Positions 13,445-25,677 of a stretch of DNA of 64,000 nucleotides are shown piece after piece. The translations under genes and the position numbers were made by a program. This stretch comes from Camelus ferus. Its lineage: Eukaryota. The stretch covers positions 104,410,001 through 104,474,000 of the forward strand of contig NC_045697.1 of assembly GCF_009834535.1 (NCBI RefSeq). Reading direction: 5' to 3'. Under the pieces are notes generated by a model. That model ran no database searches. It saw nothing but the letters and a program-made list of their open reading frames with translations, and was not told the DNA's origin. Every line of letters starts with the position of its first letter. The first letter of the stretch is position 1.

Positions 13445-14420
13445 GATACCACTTTAATCGAGTGAACAAATGTAACATTATCATAGTGGGACAGAAGGTA
13501 AATGATACCACAGGATAGAATGCAATGAAAGGCACAGGCATCATTTCTGTGATAGTCCTGCCAAAATTCACGACTAAATATAATCACGAGAAGCCATCAA
13601 ATAAAAAATTATTGGTGTGTAACTTTTTGTAAATGTCAAGCTCATAAAAATCAAGGGAAGACTGAGGAATTATTATTTCAAACTGAGACATGACAAGTAA
13701 ATGCAATACGTTTTTCTAAATGGACTTTGGGTACAAAGGACAGTATCAAATTAAATGTCAACACAAAATGAACTTAAACAACAAGATCCTACTGTGTAGC
13801 ACAGGGAACTATATTCAATACCTTGCAATGGCTTATAATGAAAAACTATGAAAAGGAACATATGTATGTATAACTGAACCACTAGGCTGCACACCAGAAA
13901 TTAACACAACATGGTAAACTGACTATACTTCAATGAAAAAAAATTAAAGAAAACAGTGTCAAAAAAGAGGATGCTAGCACGATGAGAAAATCTTTATTTT
14001 TTAAAAAAGACATCATGAATCAAAATACTTGCACTATATTATCTTGGGTGCTCAAAAAATACTGTCTTCACTGAGTTAAGATTTAGTGTAACACCCAACA
14101 CACAAATTAGTGAAAGTGGCCATAAGAAATGTTCATATAAACCATTTATTTAAGTCCACAATTTGTCAAGATTGTTTATTTTTTCCTGATACCTCAAATG
14201 TAAGTCTCTTCTTTACAATACAGTCCTCTTTGAATTAAAAATAAAAAAAGATTAACAAACTTCAACTAGGGTCCAAGTAACATTTGACAGAAGTGAATTG
14301 ATGTTAAAACCCCATCTGAACATGACTGAATTATGGTCATATGGGATAACGTCCTTGTTTGAAGGAAGTATACACTAAAATAGTTCAGGTTTTATGGGTC
14401 ATCAGATTGGCAAATTAACT
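13445..14420 (+). mobile_element. Old L1 (L1MC-like) 3' UTR inserted into the HAL1
   Basis: catcatttctgtgatagtcctgccaaaa...aaatgtcaagctcataaaa...aagactgaggaa...gagacatgacaagtaaatgcaat. Confidence 0.7.
13776..13950 (+). mobile_element. Younger cetartiodactyl-type L1 3' tip
   Basis: aacaacaagatcctactgtgtagcacagggaactatattcaata...ataactgaa...acaccagaaattaacacaac...gactatacttcaat plus A-tail. Confidence 0.85.
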
Positions 14421-15934
14421 CTTTTTTCTGACTGGTTCCTTATTAATCGATGTTAGACTTTATTGACTTCCTATTACGATGGAATAGTAGTGAACGCTCT
14501 TGTACCACTGACCTCCCCTCCCCTGTCATCCTAATATAATTACGTCACTATTTTGGGTTAAATTAATAATTAATGTTTACAAAATTGACTACATAAATAC
14601 TATTCACTCCAGAGCCAAGTGATATAAAATGGTTTTATTAAAAGATTACATTTTCTCTCTTATTTCTCTTTATACCTCTTTTCCTGAATTTAATAGTTGC
14701 CTTGTTTCTTGATTTACATAATTTTCAACACATATATATTTATTCTTCCCAAATGCTCCATCATGGCTTCCATCTATATGTTCTCCCCACCCCCACCCCA
14801 TGCACTATTATGTCGTATGTTCTAATAAGTCCCCTTCATTTCCAGGTCATCTCCTTCCTGGAGCCCCCAAACTTCCTGCTCCAGTCTTAACTAATGGCTG
14901 CTGGCCAGGTGTCATCTTGAGCATTTTACTGCTCTTTTGACTTATATTCACCGTTTCTTGGAAACTATGTCTTCCTTTTTCTATTTATTTCTTCACTGGG
15001 ATGAAGGACATTCACTAGACACTCTGGAAGAATGCATGAGTGCCTGAATCCTCACACGTGTGAGAATGTCTTCATTTTTAGCTAACACTCTACTGATAAT
15101 ACGATCAGATACGGAGTTGTAAGTAGGAAACCATTATCACTCAAAACTGTGAAGCACTTCACCACCTTCTAGTACCCAGTATAGTGAGAAATCAGATGCT
15201 ATTCTGATGCTTATACCTTGGGCGACTTGATTTTATCTTTCCTCTCTAGAAACCTTTAGAATCTTCCTCTGTATCCTTGGTCCATAATCAAGTGGTTTGC
15301 AGTGGATCTTTTTCAGTCTCACTACTGGCTACTCACAGGACCCATATCCATCTGTTCAGGAAGTATTACTCTATTACTTTGTGATGATTTTCCAACTTTG
15401 TTATTAGTTTTTTATTTCTCGGACTCCTTTCATTTAAACTTCAGACATCATAAATAAACTAGTTTTGCATTATGTTTTTAAAATAATCAATCTCTTTCTC
15501 CTTCCACCCTCTGGTAGGTTTCTTTGACTACCTTCCAACTATTTTACTCAATACTTTACTTCAGCAATTACAAATCAAACTTGCAAAATTTCTGTCTCTT
15601 TTGCTAATTCCTCCTTTTTCATAGCATCTTCTTATTGTTTTAAGAGTATAGTAATCGTATCTCTGAATATGCAAAGTGGAATGCTTCTTCTGTTTCCTGA
15701 ATTATCTTTGTTTTCTGGGTTCATTACATTTGTTTATTTTGTCTTTCTGTTTCTAGAGCGAAGATTTCTTCAAGTGGATAGTGGTCGGTGATGGTTCAAA
15801 CATATTTAACAGTAAGACACTAAGGCACCAAGAAAATGGAAACTCTAATTATAAATGAGGATTACTGATTAAGAAGATTCTGGGGTAGAACTTCCCTTTA
15901 GGCCACTCTAGAGCCCCCAGTCTTAGCAGGTGGG

Positions 15935-16411
15935 TATGCAGGTTAGCTAATGCTGCATAACAATGCAGTGGCTTATAACAAATGCAATACTGGGTTTGCT
16001 TATGAATCTGGAATTGGGGCAGGGCTCTCAGGGACATCTGGTCTCCACTCTGCTTAGCATTATCTAGAGCAGCTCAAGGGCTGGGGGCTACAATACTTAG
16101 GGCTCCTTGGACATCTGTCCCTATCTCTGTGCAATCTCTCCATGTGATCTCTCCAGCCTGGCAGTTTCAGGGAAGTCACATTATTTACATGTTGGCTCAG
16201 GGCTCACAAAGCAGTGAACTGAGAGAGAGAGGGAGAGATCTCCAGGTAAAAGCTATATAGCTGTATCCTTTTTATTATCTAGCCCTGGAAGGTGCAAAGC
16301 ATCACTTCAGCCATATTGGTTGGAGCTGTCATCACAAGTCCCTTCCCAGATTCATGGGGAAGGTGCAGAGACCACACATTTTGTTATCTCCATGGGAGAA
16401 TGGTCAGGAGA
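15935..16411 (-). mobile_element. MaLR LTR (MLT1H-like)
   Basis: ttagctaatgctgcataacaa...cagtggctta...gtggctcaggg-like...ctagccctggaag...catcacttcagccatatt...cccagattca. Confidence 0.7.
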
Positions 16412-16412
16412 T

Positions 16413-16478
<66 letters not shown>

Positions 16479-16489
16479 CCCACATGTGT

Positions 16490-16521
<32 letters not shown>

Positions 16522-16532
16522 TACACACACAC
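16413..16532. repeat. (TA)28 (16421-16476) plus (TC)n/(CA)n compound microsatellite
   Basis: Read directly; source of the spurious YIYI ORFs. Confidence 0.95.
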
Positions 16533-17179
16533 CCGTTGGAAGCACAAACTTGCTTTTTTGCCATTGCCTTCTGAGGTCATTTAACATCTTCAAAAAAGTG
16601 ATTTCTGTTCTCTTGTCCTGTGCGTAGACTCCAACTACAGGTGTTCCACAGAAGGGAGGTGCAGAGGGAAACTGGGGTCTCTGAATCCTCCACCTCTGAA
16701 GTTCAACTCTTCACAAAAGAACACTTTGGTCTTCAGTTTGAATGCTAGAGAACTGGGTGTCTGCATTCTGGTCTCAGTACTGACTTTCAAGCAATGCTTC
16801 TACTTTCAGCCCTGCCCTTTTCCAGAATCTTCTCTGGCAAAGGCTCTGCCAGGAGCATCAACCCTTTTCTCATTTGCATTCCCCTTCGCATGCTACGGCT
16901 TTCTGTCTGCTTGAGTCTATACAATGTTTACTTCTTTACTATCACATGACTGGATCTCAGGAGGAAGAGACAATCAACATTTATAGCCAATCAGTCACCT
17001 TTAACCACATCCCAATGATGAGACCCCAAGGAGAAGGTGTGTAACACAGATCGAGGGGTCTTCGGATTTTGAATACCAAAGCTTCAAACTCTAAGAGGAG
17101 GACAGAAGTTGTAGTGGGGAAAAGCTAGCTCTCTTGATACAATTTACCCCCCCAAACTCCCCGCACTGTCACTTGCAAG

Positions 17180-17375
17180 CAGTATAGCACAGTGATTACC
17201 AGACTGCCCAAGTCTCCACTCTATTCCACTAGTTTTGTCAGCAGATGATTAAAAATTTCTGTACCTGTAAAAGGCAGGTGATACTACCTACTGCACAAAG
17301 CTCTTTTTAAATGCATCTAATGTGTTTAGAACAATTCCTGGTACATAGTAAGCATGCAAATTCTAGCATCATTAT
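17180..17375 (+). mobile_element. MIR fragment
   Basis: gcagtatagcacagtgatta...ctgtaaaa...tacctac...tttagaacaattcctggtacatagtaagc. Confidence 0.55.
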
Positions 17376-19117
17376 CCATCAACGGTCCAGACTAATTCAC
17401 GCTTCCCTTAGTTTTTCCTTCAAAATACTCTTAGAAAATTTCTATTTCTATTTTCACCAAAAATTCTTGTCCTCGAGTCCTTTATCATCAGTATATTAAT
17501 CAGCTGGCTCACAGGAATCCTTAACCATCTCCATTCTATTGCAACATTTACAGTATATTTGGAGTCATTTCTGTACATAGCTTGCACACTATTTAGAGCT
17601 GTATGCCATTTACAGAAGGAGATTTAGAGAGAGTAAAATTCAATAGGAATTTAATAAGTAACCTTATTTACTCATTTAAAGTAAATTATTATTTTTTGAC
17701 TGCCTGATATAGTATCCACCATAAAATGTAATTCCATGTACACAACAAACAACAAGAATAAAAAAACCCAGCCATTAGTTACCTACCTGGCTTTCACTCA
17801 TTTCCATCCTGTGTGCATGTGGAATATTTAAGAACACTTCCTTGAATTTCTTTTGCCATACATAGTGACTATTAATCCAGAATGTGTTAGATTTTCTTTA
17901 CAGTTAGCTAGTATTTGTTATATATTAAAGAGAAAACTGTTGTGGAGAGTTTTAGAATGACAAAGTTGCAAAGCTTAGTTCTCTGAGGACTATAAAACTG
18001 AAAAGAAAGAGGCAACCAAGTTTAAAGCAGAAGACCTGAAATGCAATCTTTCTTAATCAGTAGAAACATTTGCAGCAACAGAAAAATCTATGTACATTGC
18101 TTGGATATTTGTGGTTTGACCCATCCATTGATTCACCAGTCTGGATTTTATATTCATACTTTGAGTCCTTTTCTAATCTGCTAAATGAATTTTTCTTTTA
18201 GCATTCAAGGAAGGTGAGAACCAGCCCGTTGTATAAATACTTCTATTCTTTGGAATAGATTACATTAAGTGTGCATTAAAATTTGAGGATATACACTTAA
18301 TGTACCATTTTGTACACTATTCTTTTTATACACAGCTTTATTGCTGTGATGACATTTTCATGGGGTAGACAGAAAAAAATACAAAGGAATTTTTCAAATG
18401 GTGTTCCTCCAGAGCATAAAACAGCTCTCCATCATGTTTAGTATTCCACCCAGAATGTTTACAGTCTGAGAAACACAAAGAATTAACTTTAATTATTCAA
18501 AGCAAAACATTTTATAGCCCCTATGTCACTTTTACATATGACACTGCACCAGATCAAGAAATTTCACACAGCTGAAATCAAAATACATGGAGAACAAATG
18601 CTTCACAATCATATCTTTGTTTTTCAAAATCATTTATAATTGCCCACCCACTTGTTTTTCAGATGATTCATAAATGCAGATTGCCAAATAGGCCAAAAGC
18701 ATGGGAGGAGGCTCCAAAGTAATTAAATCCAGGGTGAAGACTGAAATAAGGCTTTTTCATCTTTTATTTCTTCCAGAAAGAAAAGTCAAATGTTTACGTT
18801 CTCTCAAAGGAGAATATATACTTTCAAGTCTTTTCAAGTTGTGGATTTTCAGCTGTTATAAATAACTTCAAAATGAAAGGGTGTGTGCTTTCCTCAAGTA
18901 CGTCTCTATATTGTCTGCAGGAACTGAGACAGAACCAGAGGCATTCGTAATAAATTCTAACCCTTAGAGGTGTGGAAATTTGCCTTCCAACCATCTGCAA
19001 ATGAGAATCAATCAGGCAGCTAATGTGACTTCTCAGTTAATCACCATCTCTCAAGGATACAACAGCACTGTCCATAGCCAGCCTTCCTCACCCCTCCCCA
19101 TGCAAGAAGCAATGGCT

Positions 19118-19238
19118 AGAGGTACAGGGGGTGTTGGTAATAGCTCCACGGTAGGACATAGGCTTAGCATGCATGAGACTCTGGGTTCAATACCTAGAAC
19201 CTCCACTTAAAAAAGAAAAAAGTTTAAAAAAAAAAAAA
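19118..19238 (+). mobile_element. Camelid tRNA-derived SINE, short form
   Basis: gcttagcatgcatgag...ctgggttcaatacc...ctcca plus A-tail; TSD aagcaatggct / aagcagtggct. Confidence 0.85.
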
Positions 19239-20069
19239 AAGCAGTGGCTGCTATTAACAGCTCCCCCTTCTTGTAGTATTAGACAGTGATGAGCCCAGTC
19301 AGTGATTTGCAGAGGACAGCTTTCTATGACCAGTAAGCTATAAAAACACTTCCAAAGATATTCGTTGGAAAATAACTGTTTACTATTAGCAGGAAGATTC
19401 ACATTGCCCATAAATAAATATCTAACTTCTCATCACGACAATCTACTTGGAAAAGAGTTCTGAGTTCTGAGGAGAATCCTGGAGTGATATGAATGACTCA
19501 TCGATGAAAAACATACATCCCCTTTACAAAACAAACTACTGAAAAACATCAAATTCATGAATATGAGACAGGAATGTTTAGGGGAGCAAACAGAAAAGGG
19601 CTAAGACCTGATGCAGCTCCTTAAAACTTATTATTTTCATTTCATAGGGTCCCATTAGTGCTTCCTATGAAACTGAAATATTTAGCCATTAATACTGTAA
19701 CTAACTTTTATTGCCAAGTTTAGCTCCTAAACTCGAAGGTCTCTCTAAGACGTTCCGAGATAATGCCCACAATACTGGTCCAACGATCACATTCTGTATT
19801 ACCCTAGAGGAACTTTCTGCATGACAGCGTCCTTTGTCAACAATTGCCCTGACCTCTAGACATCTTTATAGAAGAGGTACTGTGGCAGTAGACGGCAGAC
19901 ATGGGCTAGTGTAGACTGGAAGGTAGAGTATATCAGTGGAAAAGAAGAGACAGAGGGGTAGAAACCAAGTAGGAAGAGAAAACATCTTAGGCACATGGAC
20001 ATAGCTTCATGCTCAAATCTCATCTCTGGTGCCATGCATGGTGCTCCCTGGCGCAAGGAATATATTCAA

Positions 20070-20185
20070 AACTCTTTTCTCATCTGCAAATGGGGATAAT
20101 GATGCTTTTCTCATGGGATTGTTGAGGGCATTCAAAGTGAAAATATACTGAAGCACCTTGGACATAGTAAGAAGTGATAAAATAA
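20070..20185 (+). mobile_element. MIR core fragment
   Basis: ctcatctgcaaatggggataatgatg...ctcatgggattgttgaggg. Confidence 0.7.
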
Positions 20186-21989
20186 TACAAAAGTTTCTTG
20201 TATACAAGTGCATGGAGTTTAGAGCATAGAAGGAAAAGCCTGGATCATCTTCTCAAAATTCCAGTTTTTTTTTCCATAAGTAGCATGATCTTCTGACCAA
20301 GGAGAGGGTAGTCAGCATGTCCTGACTGGATTTTCAGCGACACATCAGTTCTCAAGTACAGTAAGCTGGATTCCTCCTTCTGGATTTCATTTCCATTCCC
20401 ACATGTACATGATTATGGAATTTCATCTATTAGAAGAGGCAGCAGCACTTCACTTCATGAATGATGATCAACTACAGTTTAAACCAGTTTCCATTTTTTT
20501 AAAAGACACCAGAGAATAAATCAAAGAGTTACATTTTTATTTTGAGAAGCTAGAATCAAAGGAAGCCCCAAGTTGCTTTTGATGCCAGTCTCTTCCTTTC
20601 ATCTGAGCAAAACTTCATCTGTGTGTTTTGGTTTTGTACACATTTTTCTCTCCTAGACCTAAAACTATCGAGATGAATTATTACTTTCTGCTTTGCTCTT
20701 TCTAGTGTAATAAGTTTACCCTCATGTAATCCTACTTGACTCTTAAATGCATTAATATTATACCACATTTAGAATAAACTCAAGAATATTTTAAATGTAG
20801 ACATATGCTATGTTACTGAGTAGCCAACAGCCATTGGTTGAACGTCTCCTTCGTGTCAGACATTATGCATGTGAGTTCTATTCATGCTTTCATTTCCCTG
20901 TATGAGATTTGGGGACATCTTTCCATAGTCATCAAGATTCAAAGGGGCCAAACTGAAAGTCACCTCTTCACCAAAGGTGACTTGCACTAATTCTTTCTCA
21001 TGAAAGATCATGTTCACAGGCCATAAATCACATTAGTCAAACCCATGGTTGTTATCAGCAACTGACTCCACACCCAGAGGGTAATTATTGAGAAACATAG
21101 GCTGCCAAAATCCCAGTGGCCCCTGTCACTCCAGCCACATCTATTCATGACGGCCTCTCCAGCCATCAGGCACAGAGGCAGCTTTATGGGGAAGTGATGA
21201 CAACAGTGTCCTATCCACAGCCTCCCCTGCAGGAATGTGTGAAAGTGAAAGGGCATGATCTTTCACCTTTTTCATCCCACTGGCTTCTTGCCTTCACCCT
21301 ACAAATCCGCCTCCCTGTTTCCCTCTTTCACTGTTTATGCCTGAACATTTACATTGGTACTCCTACAACTGATTGACCTCCAATTATGAATGAGGTTTTT
21401 GCATATATTTAATCCTCACAAAAACTCGTAATGATGACAGAAAAAACTATGGTGCAGGCAATTTCACTGCTAGGGTTTAAGCTCCACATCTGTCTGACAC
21501 CAAGGCCCGTGTATCGCTTCCTGCACCATCATGGAACCTCCTAAAGGTGTCCAAACCAGCTTAATCCCTTTCTCACCAGCCCCAAATACAAGCCAATCTT
21601 CTATTGCAAATTGGCATTTGGAATTTTCACTATGCAGTTGGGTTGCCAAATTCAATTATCTTTTGCATGTGGTTTTCATGTGGTTAGAAGTATCTTCATA
21701 TAAGTATATAAGGTGTCAGGGCCATCTTTTGGAATATTACCTTGGGGGACAAGGCCTTGGCCATTTCATTCTGAATCTTTAAATAGGATAACTCCATGAA
21801 CAAGTCTGGGAGAGGCGAGAAAGAGAAGTGAGGAGGGGATAGCAGAGGAATATGAGAAGTGGGGAGTTGGGAGGGGCCTCCATATCCAAGCTTAGTCAAT
21901 TGGCATTTTTAATTAGTGGCTAATTAGGTCCACTTGGTTAACTCCAATCAAGTGTATTCCACCTAACCCTAAAGATCCAGATCCCTTGC

Positions 21990-22402
21990 CTCAGACTGGC
22001 TAGGCACTTTCTACCTCAGGATCTTAGCACATATTCTTCTCTTTGCCTGGACTGCTCTTTCCAAATATCCACATAACACTGTCTTCTCTCTCAAGACCTT
22101 ACTCAGTAAGATCTTCCTTTATTTCTTCTTTTTTTTTAATTGCAAGAACACCTACCCACCCCCTCCATCCTTCCTCTTCTTTGTTTTTCCTGCTTTATCA
22201 CCTGCTTTATTTTTCTCTATTGCACTTACTACTACATACATACCACAGAGTTCACCTTTTTTTTTTTTTACTTTTTGTCACCTCCTCCCACTAGAATGCA
22301 ACCTACATGAAGATAAGGATTTCTGTTCACCACTGTATCCCCAATACCCAAACGATAGCTGGCATACAGTAGGTGATCTAAAATGTTTGTTGAATGAATG
22401 GA
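21990..22402 (+). mobile_element. L2 3' end
   Basis: tgcctggactgctcttt...cactagaatgcaacctacatga...gttcaccactgtatcccca...ctggcatacagtaggt...tgttgaatgaatg. Confidence 0.8.
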
Positions 22403-23017
22403 TGCATTAGAAGGTAAATCTCCCTCCACCTAAGTTCCTTCACTGTACAGTTATTTGATAATGTGATTTTTCTGGGCCAAGTTGGGTTTTTCTTGTAGTG
22501 GCTAAGACCCACCTCAGTTCAGTGGGATATCTTTTTCTTGGTCGTGGGCCCATCAGGAAGATTTTTACTCCTGAGTTACACACTACCCCTGGGCTGGAAG
22601 CTGGTTCTTACCAGGACACCTCTGCCCAGGCACTGAGAGTGATGTCCAGGACAAGGATACTGTTCACAGTTCTCATCCTATGAATGGTAGAGATGAGAAC
22701 AGTTGCTTACATCACCAGTGCTTAAAGTCAACTAGTCACATAATCAAGGATAAAATGCTGAAATGGCTATTCTCAATCTGCATTATCATTTTTCATATTA
22801 CAAAACCTCAGTCCACAGGCCATAAATTACAAGGTTGACTGCTTCAGAAGGGCCCATGATAACATCACATTGCCATGTTAATTAGGGAATACCCTAACTC
22901 TTTTAAAAAGCAATTTACATTACTGTATATTTGGTACTGTTTAGTGCACATCATCATTTTGCCCTAAAAACCTATGGGCTCTAACAGTATAGTTTTTTTT
23001 TTCTTTTCTTTCTTTCT

Positions 23018-23041
23018 TGTGTGTGTGTGTGTGTGTGTGTG
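23018..23041. repeat. (TG)12 microsatellite
   Basis: Read directly. Confidence 0.9.
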
Positions 23042-23794
23042 ATACTTGCTTAGTATACTTGGCTTGAAATTCAATGAAATTAAAAAAAGATTTATAAAAG
23101 TCATTCCCCGTTGGCCTTTCCCAGGAATAATTTATACTGGAGTTGACTGCAGGGGTTAAACACAGAATATGCTCACAGCTCAGATTTCACAGGAAGGGAA
23201 ATGCATGGTGGGTCTCCAAGGAATGTCAAACCCAAGAAGCTGAAAGAGGACTTGAGAAAAATTAAACATGTGCACATTTTAGTTGTATTTTATTACAAAG
23301 CAAACAGGAAGTTTGACCTTAAATGTAACAGTCTCACGTGAGGCTCATCAGGAAAATTTTCATTTAATGAAACCCTGGTAAACTTACAGAAATCTCAGTA
23401 GATGATTAAAAACCTAAAAGATAATTAGGGTAAAAGTTCATTTTTAAAGCTTAATAAAATTAGCTAAAACAATGGGCTGAAGCCCAGGGGACAAATCCAG
23501 CCATGTGAATAGACACAGTCTCTGGAAACCTTCCCAGGACCATGTCCACAAGTCAGCGGCAGCCCCTCACCTCTTGTCTGTGAATTAAGGCAGCTTCACA
23601 GTGGTTCACAAAAATGCCAGCCCAAAACTGAGGTGCTAATTTAAAATTTTACAGCACATTAGAAAGCAAGCTGAAGTTCCTTATATGGCGTTTTGGGAGA
23701 GACCAAACCGTGTGTGTTGATGAGGCTTTTACTCTGGGTGAGAACCTTCTGAATTTAAAATGGGATCACTCTAAATAGACTGCTGGTCAACACC

Positions 23795-23927
23795 AACGTT
23801 TCCCAATGTGTGGTCCCAAGTCTATTCAGTCAGCACAACCAAGGGCAAGAGGATATGAAGGGGTTCTTGTCCTAGATGAAAATCCTCGGGCCTTAACCTA
23901 GACCTACAGAATACAGAATCTCTGAGG
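23795..23927 (-). mobile_element. Partial MER5-type MITE, cut at the L1 insertion point
   Basis: tttcccaatgtgtggtcc...cctagacctacagaatacagaatctctgaggg; the distal half is not visible. Confidence 0.5.
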
Positions 23928-25677
23928 GTGCGGCCACAGTGCCAGAGAGATATGAGCAATATGAAGAAGCAGAGGAACCACTCCCAATTAAAAGATCAAG
24001 AGAAATCCCCTGAAAGCATGATCAAGGAAACAGACATTGATGGCCTACTAGATCAAGATTTCAAAAAAAGGAGTGATCAAAGTACTGAAGGAACTAAAAG
24101 AGATAGTGTTTAGAGATATAAAATATGTCAAAAATGAAATAGAAACTATAAAGAAGAACCAAGTAGAATTAGTAAACTCATTTGTTGGGATGAGAGCTGA
24201 CCTAAAGGCTGTACAAAGCAGGCTAGATAATGCAGAGGAACGAATAAGTGACCTAGAAGAGAGGACAACAGAAAGCACCCAATCAGAACAGCTGAGAGAA
24301 AAACAAATAAAAAACAATGAAAACAATATAAGGGACCTATGGGATAATATAAAGCATGCCAATCTACACATAATAGGGGTTCCAGAAACGGAAGAAAGAA
24401 CAAAGGGGACTGAAAAGGTCTTTGAAGAAATCATGACTGAAAACTTCCCAAACCTAAAGGAATCAGATATCCAAGTACAGGAGGCTCAGAGGGTCCCAAA
24501 CAGGAAGAACCCAAACAGACCCATACCAAGACATATCATAATCAAGATGGCCAGAGTCAAGGATAAAGAAATGATCCTAAAGACATCATGAGAAAAACAA
24601 AGACTGAGTTACAAGGGAACCCCCATAAGTCTCTCAGCTGATTTCTCTACACAAACACTACAGGCCAGAGGGAGTGGCAAGATATATTCAAAGTCCTGAA
24701 AGAAAAAAAGATGCAGCCTAGGATACTCTATCCAGCAAGGCTATCCTATAGAATAGAAGGAGAGATAAAGAACTTCACAGACAAGCAAAAACTAAAAGAG
24801 TTTAGCAACACTAAACCCATGCTAAAAGAAATATTGACAGGTCTACTCTAAATAGAAAAGAAGCAGGAAGCTACAAAAATGAGAAACTCCTACCTGGAAA
24901 GGAGATAACTGACATGAATTACAAAAAGAAAAAACACAAAATTGTAAAAGAAGACATTTAAATCATTAAGAGTGAGAGAGGAAAGCAAGGAAAGCCACTG
25001 TGGAAAGCAGTATGGAGATTCCTCAAAAGACTAGAAATAGACTTACCATATGACCCAGGAATCCTGCTCCTGGGCATTTATCCAGAAGGAACCCTACTTC
25101 AAAATGACACCTGCACCCCAGTGTTCATAGCAGCACTATTTACAATAGCCAAGACATGGAAACAGCCTAAATGTCCAACAACAGATGACTGAATAAAGAA
25201 GATATGGTATATTTATACAATGAAATACTATTCAGCCACAAAAACCGACAACATAACTCCATTTGCAGCAACTTGGATGTTCCTGGAGAATGTCATTCTA
25301 AGAGAAGTAAGCCAGAAAGAGAAAGAAAAATACCATATGAGATCACTCATACGAGGAATCTAAAAAAAAAAAACAAAACAAAACATAAATATAAAACAGA
25401 AACAGACTCATAGACATAGAATACAAACTTGTGGTTGCCAAGGGGGAGGGGGGTGGGAAGGGACAGACTGGGATTTTAAAATGCAGAACAGATAAACAAG
25501 ATTATACTGTATAGCACAGGGAAATATAGACAAGATCTTGTGGTAGCTCACAGCGAAAAATGTGACAATGAATACATGTATGTTCATGTATAACTGAAAA
25601 ATTGTGCTCTACACTAGAATTTGACACAACATTGTAAAATGACCATTACTCGATAAAAAAATGTAAAAAAAAAAAAA
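23928..25677 (+). mobile_element. Young L1 derivative: ORF1 + inter-ORF spacer + last ~120 codons of ORF2 + 3' UTR + polyA; EN and RT absent
   Basis: Full ORF1p-like reading 23952-24851; junction at about 24993 to PLWKAVWRFLK...IAKTWKQPKCP...SLIRGI* (stop 25361-25363); A-tail 25665-25677. Confidence 0.9.
23952..24851 (+). pseudogene. L1 ORF1p (coiled coil, RRM, CTD), disrupted
   Basis: MSNMKKQRN...; +1 frameshift in the A-run at 24063-24069; AEERISDLE, LWDNIKHANLHIIGVPE, PRHIIIK; in-frame TGA at 24589; frameshift near 24668; ILYPARLS...EILTGLL*. Confidence 0.9.

Larger units (their letters stand above)
13340..17010 (-). mobile_element. Ancient HAL1/L1ME-like element, fragmented by younger insertions
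   Basis: ctcttttagctatttctcctgg (13393), tattgacttcctattac...ttttgggttaaattaataattaatgtttac...gagccaag (14460-14620), reversed ORF1-like gaatgtcttcatttt...gagaaatcagatgctattctga (15060-15210), 5'-end-like stretch near 16950-17010. Confidence 0.65.

Noticed and set aside
16292..16627. ORFs with YIYIYI tracts
   Set aside because: Translation of the (TA)n microsatellite and adjacent LTR.
24073..24591. 172-aa ORF as a functional host gene (e.g. domesticated ORF1p)
   Set aside because: It is the fragment of L1 ORF1 between a frameshift and a premature stop; no sign of an intact protein.
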